Below, one piece after another: positions 42,795 through 52,890 of a stretch of DNA of 64,000 nt (its first letter is position 1; the number at the start of each line of letters is the position of its first letter). The translations under genes and the position numbers were made by a program. Source of the stretch: Octopus vulgaris (taxonomy: Eukaryota); assembly GCA_951406725.2 (NCBI GenBank), contig OX597815.1, positions 112,654,001 to 112,718,000 of the forward strand, in the 5' to 3' direction. Below the pieces are notes generated by a model. That model saw nothing but the letters and a program-made list of their open reading frames with translations, was not told the DNA's origin and did no database searches.

Positions 42795-42830
42795 CTGTCT
42801 CCGAAGGTGAGCTTTGCTCGAAACGTTAAA
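42795..42830 (+). ncRNA. Decayed minimal hammerhead motif (PLE terminal-repeat relic)
   Basis: CCGAAGG-U-GAGC(UUU)GCUC-GAAA-CGUU; core CUGAAGA mutated at two positions. Confidence 0.45.
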
Positions 42831-42932
42831 CCATATTTCTTTCCTTCCCTGAGAGTCTGCTAATACTTTACATGTACCACGTCCTCACGTTGCTGCTTTT
42901 TTGTTTTTCATTTTCGTTCTTCTTCGATTTAC

Positions 42933-42968
<36 letters not shown>

Positions 42969-42982
42969 TGTATGTATTTATG

Positions 42983-43021
<39 letters not shown>

Positions 43022-43401
43022 GAATAGAATATGGATATATATATAGCAATTGCGATTCAAAAATTACATGTATATATTTATATGTGCATGTAATTATATT
43101 TGTATGTATATATGCATATACTTATATATTATTTATATATATATATATTTAATTTTATTTGTTAGGGAATAAAAATTCCGGCCTAACAGGAGTTCAAATT
43201 ATTCACAATGAGGAAATATATATTTTCATGTAGAGATAGTAGGCCCTTTATCTTTATTTTTTACTTTATTTTTGCAATTTTTTATTTGAATTAAATCATG
43301 TCTTGGGCAGTAGGGTCCGGCAAACCTATTTTACACATACTTACTTGTTTAAAAAATTAAAATATAGTTTATAGTATCAAGCTATGAGAAAGTGATATAG
43401 A

Positions 43402-43496
43402 GGCCTGATGATGGGGGTTATATTTTAAGAATGGTTCCAGCAAAACACGGCGTGGTTAAGGAACCGGGAAATGTACCTCAAAAAACACGTGTAGCC
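43402..43496 (+). ncRNA. Hammerhead motif with extended stem II and a GAAA-to-AAAA core mutation
   Basis: GGC-CUGAUGA-long stem II (GGGGU/ACCUC, GGUUCC/GGAACC)-AAAA-CACGUGUA^GCC; palindromic ACACGUGU stem III. Confidence 0.6.
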
Positions 43497-43569
43497 AAGT
43501 TATAAAGTAGTAAGTATTTAAATTAAAATTCTTTTATATGGTGGGATGAAGGGGCCTACTACCTCTAAA

Positions 43570-43604
<35 letters not shown>

Positions 43605-43840
43605 ACCACACTATAGTATAATTATTCTGTGGATCAGGGACGCTACGACCAAATACTTCAGTAAAATAATTGTAGCCAAGTTGAAATTGAATCTTCCTGT
43701 GTCTGGAGGTAATTTTGTTCATCTTTAGCAGAAACAGTGGTCAGTAATTCTTCAAATGAATATCCTTACTCAGGTTTTACTCTCTTCCTCTATATCTTAT
43801 TAATATACACCATTCTCATTTTTCCCTATTTTTCCCTATA

Positions 43841-43893
43841 TGTCACTGTTGACGGAATATCCCATATTCGTGGATATCCCAGAGACAGCTTTA
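43841..43893 (+). ncRNA. Decayed hammerhead motif
   Basis: CUGUUGA-C-GGAAUAUCC(CAUAUUCGU)GGAUAUCCC-A-GAGA-CAGCU; two core substitutions. Confidence 0.45.
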
Positions 43894-45093
43894 TGGTCCA
43901 TCACATAAACAATGCGGTTTTTGTTATACTTCTTTTATTTTTCAAAATTAAGATAAAGTTCTTCTTTAATCTAAAATATACTCTCCTTCATTTTCCAAAA
44001 TTCCGTAACGAAAAATACTCTTCTAGTTTTGAGCTCGTCTACAAAATTCATATTTTTTCCGTCCAAATGATTTTGAAGATTGCGGAATAAATGATAATCA
44101 GACGAGGCAATGTACAGCAATATGATTGGTGGGGCATCGTTTTCCCACTAAAACTGCTCCAGCCTTTGGAATGTCAGCCTCGCTGTATGTGGCCGCTGGA
44201 AGAACACCTTTCGTCTTCAAACCAAAGAAGGTCGTTTTTCTTCTAGTACTGACTTAAGCCACTCAAGCTGCTCGCAGTAGATCTCCATTGTTATCGTTTG
44301 GTTTGGGTTTAAAAGTTCAAATTGGACTAAAATTTTCATATCCCACCAAAGAGATAACAACACATTAAGTGGGTGAAGACCTTCTCTAGCCTGGGGTGCC
44401 TTACCTAACCACTGTCTCCGGCGCTTGACATTTTGACAGAGAGAGACCATTCCTCGTTACCAGTTACTACTCGGTCCTAAAAACGATCGTTCGTGAGACG
44501 TGACAGCAAAGAGGTGCACTCGTTCACTCTCTGCGCGCGATTAAACTCGGAAACCTGGTGTGGAATCAAATTTGCTGACTCTGCAGATGGCACGCTGGTG
44601 TCGATGAATGATTGAATGACCAAATCCAAGCTTCTCTGTTAGTTAGGTCCTCAACAGTTACGAAGGGATTTCGTACAACCAGATTTTGAAGGACGTCCTC
44701 GTTGAGCTCTACAGATCCTTCCAGGATGAAGCTCGTCTTCTAGGCTGTAGTTTCCAGCTCGGATTTTCTAGAACCACCGTCGACGCTGCCTTGCTTATTG
44801 CCCAATCCCCATATTCTGCATTAATATTCCTCGCACTTTCCATTGTGTTATTGCCGTTATTGAATTCATGAAGCAAAACATGCCGAATATGCTCCTTTCT
44901 TTCTTCCATTATACTTTTGAACAAATAACTGTTACAATGGAACTGCACTCTTCAAAACTTGCACTAAGAATAAGTCCAAGGTAAAAATTACTACCTGCTT
45001 TTATAACAAGTTAATGCAGGTAGTTTATTCCATTCCCCTCCAACATTTATTTCGTGGAATTGAAAATACTGCATTATTTATGGGATGACTCAA
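43892..45093 (-). mobile_element. Degenerate near-full-length mariner transposon
   Basis: MEERKEHIRHVLLHEF N-terminus, VTGNEEW (VTGDEKW), LHP..VLLSLWWD...FELL...TIT..IYCEQL..L...L.EKRP; imperfect TIRs at ~43892-43922 and ~45062-45093. Confidence 0.85.
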
Positions 45094-45101
45094 TGCATAT
45101 G

Positions 45102-45146
<45 letters not shown>

Positions 45147-45148
<2 letters not shown>

Positions 45149-45759
45149 ATAATAATTCTCTAAACGAGATATAGACAGTAACTGCTCCATAACAAAAGGG
45201 ACATTAGCCATTTGAATGTGGCTAGGGACAGGGCAGGGCGGTGGGGGTGTTACTGTTGCATTTAGCCCCAGGCGAACATCAACGTCACCAGAAAGGCTTG
45301 ACACCATCACGGCGTCCTCTATCCTGCAAAGGGAGATCATCCACCGAAAAAGCGGAAGCCACATACGGACCCAGGTTTCGAGGTGTTTGCCTCTCGTCAA
45401 CGTATGGTAGGCACCGCCCTTCGACGAACGACTCTCTGTGCAGGATATTTATATAAAGATTTTCACGTAAATACATTTACTGATTTCGAAAATCTGTTCG
45501 ACAGCAATAATAATTCTCTAAACGAGATATAGACAGTAACTGCTCCATAACAAAAGGGACATTAGCCATTTGAATGTGGCTAGGGACAGGGCAGGGCGGT
45601 GGGGGTGTCACTGTTGCATTTAGCCCCAGGCGAACATCTGATGGTGTCAAGCCTTTCTGGTGACGTTGATGTTCGCCTGTGGCTAAATGCAACAGTAACA
45701 CCCCCACCGCCCTGCCCTGTCCCTAGCCACATTCAAATGGCTAATGTCCCTTTTGTTAT
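45147..45759 (-). mobile_element. Retrozyme-like element: 358-bp monomer, partial tandem copy and inverted segment
   Basis: 45147 repeats at 45505 (period 358) up to 45638; 45639-45759 is the reverse complement of ~45189-45309; flanked by (TA)n; contains a hammerhead. Confidence 0.8.
45362..45406 (-). ncRNA. Minimal type I hammerhead ribozyme (U3 variant)
   Basis: CAUACG-UUGACGA-GAGG(CAAACA)CCUC-GAAA-CCUGG-GUC^CGUAUG: 6-bp stem I, 4-bp stem II, GUC cleavage triplet. Confidence 0.8.
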
Positions 45760-45873
45760 ATATATATATATATTATATTAAATTAGAGACAAAACCACTA
45801 TTATGCAAATCAAACAAAGAAAGACTTAAGCCAATACATAAAATATTTTATATAAATTAAATTTAATTAAAAT

Positions 45874-45927
45874 AACCACTACGATCGTTTCGTGTCAGCA
45901 CTTCTATGAGACATTCTTCAGGTGGTT
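45874..45927 (-). ncRNA. Minimal hammerhead ribozyme (mirror copy in the left arm)
   Basis: Reverse complement of 45994-46047. Confidence 0.7.
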
Positions 45928-45993
45928 CCAAAACCTTCTTTGCAAGTTTTAAACTATGAGCTCATAGTTTAAAACTTGCAAAGAAGGTTTTGG

Positions 45994-46047
45994 AACCACC
46001 TGAAGAATGTCTCATAGAAGTGCTGACACGAAACGATCGTAGTGGTT
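45994..46047 (+). ncRNA. Minimal type I hammerhead ribozyme
   Basis: AACCAC-CUGAAGA-AUGUC(UCAUAGAAGUGCU)GACAC-GAAA-CGAUC-GUA^GUGGUU; palindromic ACGAUCGU stem III; A-C mismatch at the base of stem II. Confidence 0.7.
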
Positions 46048-46370
46048 ATTTTAATTAAATTTAATTTATATAAATTATTTTATGTATTGGCTTAAGTCTT
46101 TCTTTGTTTGATTTGCATAATAGTGGTTTTGTCTCTAATTTAATATAATATAATATTTTACTATAAAATTGGATTCAATCCTAAATCTGATTTTTCCCTG
46201 TAAATTTGGATTTATTCCCTAATATTTATTAGTATTATTATATATATATATATATATATATAGACAGGAGTAAACACATAAATGTGAAACAAGGTGGAAA
46301 AAAGAGTACTCAAATACCAGTGGTAGAGTAATATGCTTTATTTTAAGCAGCACCGCTGCTTAAAATAAAG

Positions 46371-46401
<31 letters not shown>

Positions 46402-46432
46402 AGAGCATATCCTATAACATACATATACACAT

Positions 46433-46471
<39 letters not shown>

Positions 46472-46610
46472 CATAAATTTATATATACATATATATATAT
46501 ATGAATATATTTATACATTTTTATAAACATATATATACATATATATATGTATACATAAGTATATATATAACAGAAACATACACACACGCACACATATACA
46601 TATATATATA

Positions 46611-47116
46611 TCATCGTATGGTAAAAATAAAAATGGCCAGCACAGCGAACAAGGGTCAGTCGGAAGTTAGGGACAGTCAGAATTTAAGCAGAGGGGGAGA
46701 AGCGAGTAATTTCCTTAACGAAATTCTAAGAGATGGAGCTAAAAACTAACAGAAAGAAGGAAGAGAAAAATGTTCTTAGCTTTGACGTCTCGGTCATCAT
46801 TTTTTTTTCTCTTCCTTCTTTCTGTTAGTCTTTAGTTCCATCTCTTAGAATTTCGTTAAGTAAATTACTCGCTTCTTCCCCCTCTGCTTAAATTCTGACC
46901 GTCCTTAAATTCCGACTGACCCTTGTTCACTGTGCTGGCCATTTTTATTTTTACTTTACGATGACCGAGACGTCAAAGCTAAGAACATTTTTCTCTTCCT
47001 TCTTTCTGTTAGTTTTTAGCTCCATCACTTAGAATTTCGTTAAGTAAATTACTCGCTTCTCCCCACTCTGCTTAAATTCTGAGCGTCCCTAAATTCCGAC
47101 TGACCCTTGTTCACTG
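46611..47116. repeat. 184-bp monomer: one inverted copy plus ~1.7 tandem copies
   Basis: 46809 repeats at 46993 (period 184); 46611-46798 is the reverse complement of one full monomer. Confidence 0.85.
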
Positions 47117-47232
47117 TTCGCCCGCCCAAACCCACCCCCACCACCAACACCGGATATCTCTCTATTCTCTCCCCTTCCCCCCACTCTCTTTATTCCCCTC
47201 CCTTGTCCCTATGAAACGAAGGGAAGCAATAA

Positions 47233-47348
47233 GCTGCTGCTGCTGCTGCTGTTGCCGATGCCATTACTACTGCTATTACCAATGCCTCTGCTACTGCTGA
47301 TAGTGATATTGCTGATGCTACTACAACTGCTGCTGATGATGATGATGG
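47233..47348. repeat. (GCT)n/(GAT)n degenerate trinucleotide tract
   Basis: Visible runs. Confidence 0.8.
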
Positions 47349-47431
47349 ATATCAGTGGTTGAAAATAAACATAAAATAAACGTAGGAAAAAGAATGAAAA
47401 TTCTAATAATAATTTAACATTACTTGAAAAG

Positions 47432-50400
47432 GTAGTGGGTAGCGAACTTCTTCACTACTTCAGGGAGTGACGACCCGACCTGACACGAGTTCCGGGCTCA
47501 GCTGGCTCCGGCTGACAGAACCCGGTATGGGCCCCTATCCAGGGTTACGGAAAGGAGAAAACCTTTAAAGAAATCCGGAGTGGAGCCCCGAAGGCGGTCT
47601 AGTGTTCGACTCGACACTCTTCCGGCAGCTCCTGCAACCAAGCTGGTGCCAAACGTAATGCACTGCACTCCATTGGACTACATCAGCAAGGTCGAGAGAG
47701 AAAACCTGACGATTGGGCTACCCAGGACTTTCTTATCTATAGCTCAGCCTGCGCAAAACTGGAGAGGACACTTCAGTGCTGCTGTAAAAAGCTGCAGAAA
47801 CAACACGGGAGGTAACAGTCACGAGTGAGAAGTCCATTCAGATTGGCGTAAAATATGGGCGCTACGGGTTACCTCTGACGATGGGAGGGACCTCCGTGTC
47901 CTATTGGTTAGCTACTGCCCACCTCAAGCTGGGCAGCCCCCAGTTAATAAGGTGCTGACCCGCCACAGGCCGCCTGCTTCATTGGGTGCTTGGAGCTAAG
48001 AGTATGACTTGAAAAGCGGCCTCCAACCTCTGCACCAGGAAAACAACTAAAAGTCAAGAAAACACCAGTCTTGCGGTTGGCAAGCTGGAATGTCAGGACC
48101 ATGTGCCCTAGAATATCTGATGAGCTACTCAGGGTTGAAGACACAAGGAAAACGGCCATCATTGACCGTGAACTAAAGAGGCTCAACATAGACATTGCTG
48201 GGCTACAGGAGACAAGACTTCCCTCAAACGGCAAACTCAAAGAGCAGGATTTCACCTTCTTTTGGCAGGGAAGAGATCCAGAAGAACCTCGTCAACATGG
48301 CGTTGGCTTTGCAGTGAGAAACTCACTACTCTCCTCAATAGAACCACCATCAAGAGGCACTGAGCGTATCCTCTCACTGCGTCTCTCGACTTCTTCCGGC
48401 TCAGTACATATACTCAGCATCTATGCTCCCACTCTCTACAGCTCAGAGGAGACCAAGATCAGTTCTACAAAGATCTCAACTGTGTCATAGAAAATATACC
48501 AACGACTGAAAATATCTACCTTCTAGGGGATTTTAACGCTCGCGTAGGATCTGACCATGATTCGTGGCCCATTTGTGTTGGAAACTTTGGTATTGGCAAC
48601 ATGAATGACAATGGTCAGAGACTACTCGAATTCTGCACATACCACAACCTGTGCATCACAAACACATTCTTTACCAACAAGCCATCCCACAAGGCATCTT
48701 GGAGACATCCAAGATCTCACCACTGGCATCAGCTGGATCTCATCATTACACGGAAATCCTTCCTGAATTCTACTCTATTGACCCGCAGTTACCACAGTGC
48801 GGATTGTGACACAGACCACTCACTAATTAGAAGTAGGGTGAGGATTCTGCCTAAAAAAGTCCATCGCTCCAAGAAAGTGGGCCGACCACGCATTAACACT
48901 GCCAAAACCTCGGACCCTACACTGCGAAAATGTTTTGCTGTTTCTATCAAGGTTGCCCTCAGTGGCTGCCCAACCTCCTCAGCTGAAAGTAGGTGGAACT
49001 ATATCAGGGAAGCTTTGTATACGACATCAATAGATACTTTCGGCATGAAAGAAAGGCAAAACCCAGATTGGTTCAATGCTGGTCTCTCAGAGCTGGAGCC
49101 AGTTATCGAAGCAAAGCGTGCAGCTCTGATGCAATACAAGAGTGACTCTTCTACAAAGTCACTCGAAGAACTCAGAAAGGCACGAAATAAAAACCCAACT
49201 GACAGCCAGACGCGGTGCAAATAGGTACTGGCAGGAAATCTGTCAGAGTATCCAGTCAGCTGCTGACAGTGGCGACACCCGTGGGATGTATGCCGGTTTG
49301 AAGAAGGCCCTCGGTCCATCCGCAACCAAGTCAGCCCCTCTGAAATCAACTACTGGAGATCTCATCAGGGATCAAAGCAAGCAAATGGATAGATGGGTGG
49401 AGCACTACCAGGATCTCTACTCCCGGGAGACTACAGTGGCTGAGGCTGCAGTCGAGAGTGTCAAGTTCTTGCCAGTCATGTGCGAACTTGACAGTCCGCC
49501 ATCTATAGCAGAGCGCATCAATGCTGTTGACTCCCTAGCAAGAAACAAGGCTCCGGGAAAAGACAGCATCCCCTCAGAGATCATCAAAGCCGGCAAAAAC
49601 ACCATCCTGCTTCGGCACCTTCATGAGCTTCTGTGTCAGTGCTGGGAAGAGGGTACAGTCCCTCAGGATATGCGGGATGCTAACATCATTACGCTTTACA
49701 AAAACAAAGGTGACCGTGGTGATTGTAACAATTACCATGGAATATCTCTTCTAAGCACTGTTGGAAAGACCTTTGCCCGCGTTATCCTGGCCAGGCTACA
49801 ACTACTTGCTTCTCGAATCTATCCGGAATCGCAGTGTGGCTTTAGAAGAAGCAGATCAACTATCGATATGATATTCTCCATACGCCAAATTCAGGAGAAG
49901 TCCAGAGAGCAGAGAATGCCATTATATATGGCCTTCATTGATCTAACAAAGGCCTTTGACTCGGTAAGCAGAACAGGCCTCTTCACCCTGCTCCAAAAAA
50001 ATCGGATGTCCACCAAAGCTGCTGAGGATCATCAAGTCTTTCCATGATGACATGCAAGGCACCATACAGCACAACAGTTCAACATCGGCCGCCTTCCAAA
50101 TAAAAAACGGGGTAAAGCAAGGTTGCGTCCTCGCTCCTACATTGTTTGGCATCTTCTTCTCGCTCTTACTCTCACATGCCTTTCAGACATCAGATGATGG
50201 AGTGTTTCTGCACAGTAGAAGTGACGGGAAACTGTTCAATCTCTCGCGCCTGCGTGCCAATACCAAAATCAGAAACGTCCTGATCAAGGAGATGCTATTT
50301 GATGATGATGCCGCTCTGGTATCACACACAGAAGAAGCCCTCCAAAGGCTCATTAACTGTTTTGAGCAAGCATGTAACAACTTTGGCTTAGCTATCAGCC

Positions 50401-51313
50401 TTAAGAAGACCAACATCATGGGTCAGGCTACATCGGACATCCCAAACATACATATTGGAGACTACAGATTACAAGAGGTGGAGAAGTTTACCTATCTGGT
50501 CTCTACCGTCACCTACAACCTATCCCTCGACGCTGAGCTCAATATACGCATTGGCAAGGCAGCTGTTGCGATTGGCCCAACTCTCCAAATGGGCTTGGGA
50601 CAACAATAAGCTGAACAAGACCACGAAAATGAAGATCTACCAGGCATGTGTACTTAGCACTCTACTGTATGGAAGTGAGACTTGGACGCTATACACACGC
50701 CAAGAGCGTCGCCTAAACATCTTTCACCTGCGCTGCCTCCGGAAAATCCTCCGCATCAAATGGCAGAACCATATCCCCAACAAAGATGTCCTCAGGCAAG
50801 CAGGAATACCAAGCATGTTTGCACTCCTCACACAAAGACGTATGAGATGGCTTGGGCATGTTAGCCGTATGAAAGATGGCAGAATCCCCAAGGACATACT
50901 CTACGGAGAGCTTGCTAGGGGTACTAGGTCTGTGGGTAGACCGCTCTTACGTTACAAGGATGTTTGAAAAAGGGACATGAAGGCCTGCAACATCAATATT
51001 AGCGGTTGGGAGGCAGTTGCCGGCAACCGTGGAGACTGGCGACGTACCGTAAGAGAGAGAATACAAAGGAGTGAGAGAGAGAGAGAGAGGAGAAATGGAA
51101 AGACAAGAAAAGACGTCAACAAGAAACTATGGCATTACAACCAGCCAGGAACACTCTTCGCTACATTTGCGGTACCTGCCAGAGGGAGTGTTTGTCCAGG
51201 ATAGGACTACACAGCCACAGCAGGAAATGTATCAGGACATGAAATGTAAAAGCCGGACTAGACTACTTTATGCGCAACGCCATTGCCTCCCGAGACAAAA
51301 AGGATGCCAACCA
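47432..51313 (+). mobile_element. Near-full-length RTE-clade LINE (APE endonuclease + RT), inactivated
   Basis: GC-richer ~600-bp 5' UTR; ASWNVRT, GLQETR, IYAPT, GDFNARVG and TDH APE motifs; KAPGKD, GISLLS..GK, QCGFR..RSTIDMIF, FIDLTKAFDSV, GVKQGCVLAP.LF and LFDDD RT motifs; LLYGSETW and RWLGHV; tail ends GGATGCCAACCAA. The 5' boundary is approximate. Confidence 0.95.
48029..51240 (+). pseudogene. RTE ORF (endonuclease-reverse transcriptase) broken by about four frameshifts and a stop
   Basis: Consecutive ORFs 48071-48490, 48601-49224, 49142-50047, 50052-50609, 50455-50967 and 50977-51204 stitch into one APE-RT protein. Confidence 0.9.
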
Positions 51314-52394
51314 ATATATATATCACAAACACAAACAGACACACAGAGGCACACACACACACTCATATAAATATAAAACAAAAACGCATACACACACACA
51401 TATATATAACACAAACATCTACACACGCACATATATTTTTCTTCTAGCATATTATTACTCTAAAGTACATTTCAACCTTCTTTCTCTCTCTCTCTCTTTC
51501 TCTCTCTCTCACACACACACACATATATACACACGCGCACACACACGCACACACACACACATACAAAAAATGTTATTAGATATTGAATTAAGAATACATT
51601 TCATTAAAAAGTAATCATATAATCAATATTTCTCTTGATATAATTTATTGCAATTAGCCGTAGATAAATAAAGAATTTATTTCTCTCTTTGAACTAAGTT
51701 TCCATTATTATTTTCGTTTCATTAGTGAAAGTTACAATACATTTATATTGCTTCAAATCTTTTGCCTGCATTATGCACAAAAAAAGAACACATCAGTGCA
51801 GTACTAGATATTCTGTTTGGTTAGCAGACAAAGTGATTACAGTTTCAATGCTTTTTAGCATAATTCCGCTCATCCAAATACACCTGGGGCTAAACAATAT
51901 CAACGGCAACAGCAGAGTAACAACAAAAAGAACAGTAACATAAGAGCAATACTCATTATCAGAGCTAAGTCCATATCTCAAACAGACTTGGTAACTGTAC
52001 TGGGATTGTTTCTAATGAAACACGTGTTTAATCTCATGGGCGATCTTTATAACTAGATAATTTAGTTTCCCATGACCTACCTCGTTAGCTACTTTTTCTA
52101 CCATGGCTCACCACACAATTTCGTCTTTGCTCTACCTTTCGTTCATACTTTGTTTCACCATCTCAGAAAGTTTACACCAGCCACTTTGCCTAATCCTTGC
52201 TTATCAATGCGTCAATCTCCTGAAACTCCCGCCCCACTGATGCGTTGCGTTACAGTTATTCAAACAAGCAAAAAATCGAACTAGCTAATTCATGAAGGGT
52301 CTTCAGAGATCATGGACACTCTCCCTTCTCCGTAACTAAACCATAAAAGCGAAAGAAAATCTTAACTTACGGTTATTATTGTAAAGTTATTTTA

Positions 52395-52622
52395 AGGCGA
52401 CCAAATGACAGAATCGATAGCATACCGAGCAAAATGCTTAGCCGCATTTCGTCCGTCTTTACGTCCTGAGTTCAAATTACACCGAGGTCGACTTTAGCTT
52501 TCATTTTTTTCATGGTCAATAAAATAAGTACCAGTTGAGCACTGGGTGTGGGGTGGGGTCGATGTAATCCACTTACTACCTCAACCGAAAAGGCTGGCTT
52601 TGTGCCAAAATTTAAAATCATT
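52395..52622 (+). mobile_element. SINE family C
   Basis: CATTTCGTCCGTCTTTACGTCCTGAGTTCAAATTACACCGAGGTCGACTTT. Confidence 0.8.
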
Positions 52623-52679
52623 ATTGTATATTATTTTAAGAATAACAGAACATGTACTACCGACGTGATTCAATACCGA

Positions 52680-52890
52680 AGGGCTGGACTCGCGATCGTA
52701 AGATTGTGGTTTCAATTCCTGGACCGGGCGACGGGTTGTGTTCTTGAGCAAAACATTTCATTTTACGTTGCTCAGCTGGCAAAAATAAGTAATCCTGCGA
52801 AGGACAGGTGTCCCGTCCAGGCGGGGAATATAATCGACATGGCAACTGGGAAACCGGCCCTTATGAGTCAGTATCACTCGAGAAGGTAAC
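52680..52890 (+). mobile_element. SINE family B (tail type 2)
   Basis: GATCGTAAGATTGTGGTTTCAATTCC...CTTGAGCAAAACA...CTCAGCTGGCAAAAAT. Confidence 0.8.

Larger units (their letters stand above)
45771..46150. repeat. 380-bp spacerless palindrome (190-bp arms), PLE terminal-repeat-like
   Basis: Centre ATGAG|CTCAT at 45960/45961; arms match apart from one mismatch I could see. Confidence 0.9.

Noticed and set aside
47432-48030. Possible HDV-like ribozyme in the RTE 5' UTR
   Set aside because: I could not build the nested double pseudoknot by eye; it needs a descriptor search.
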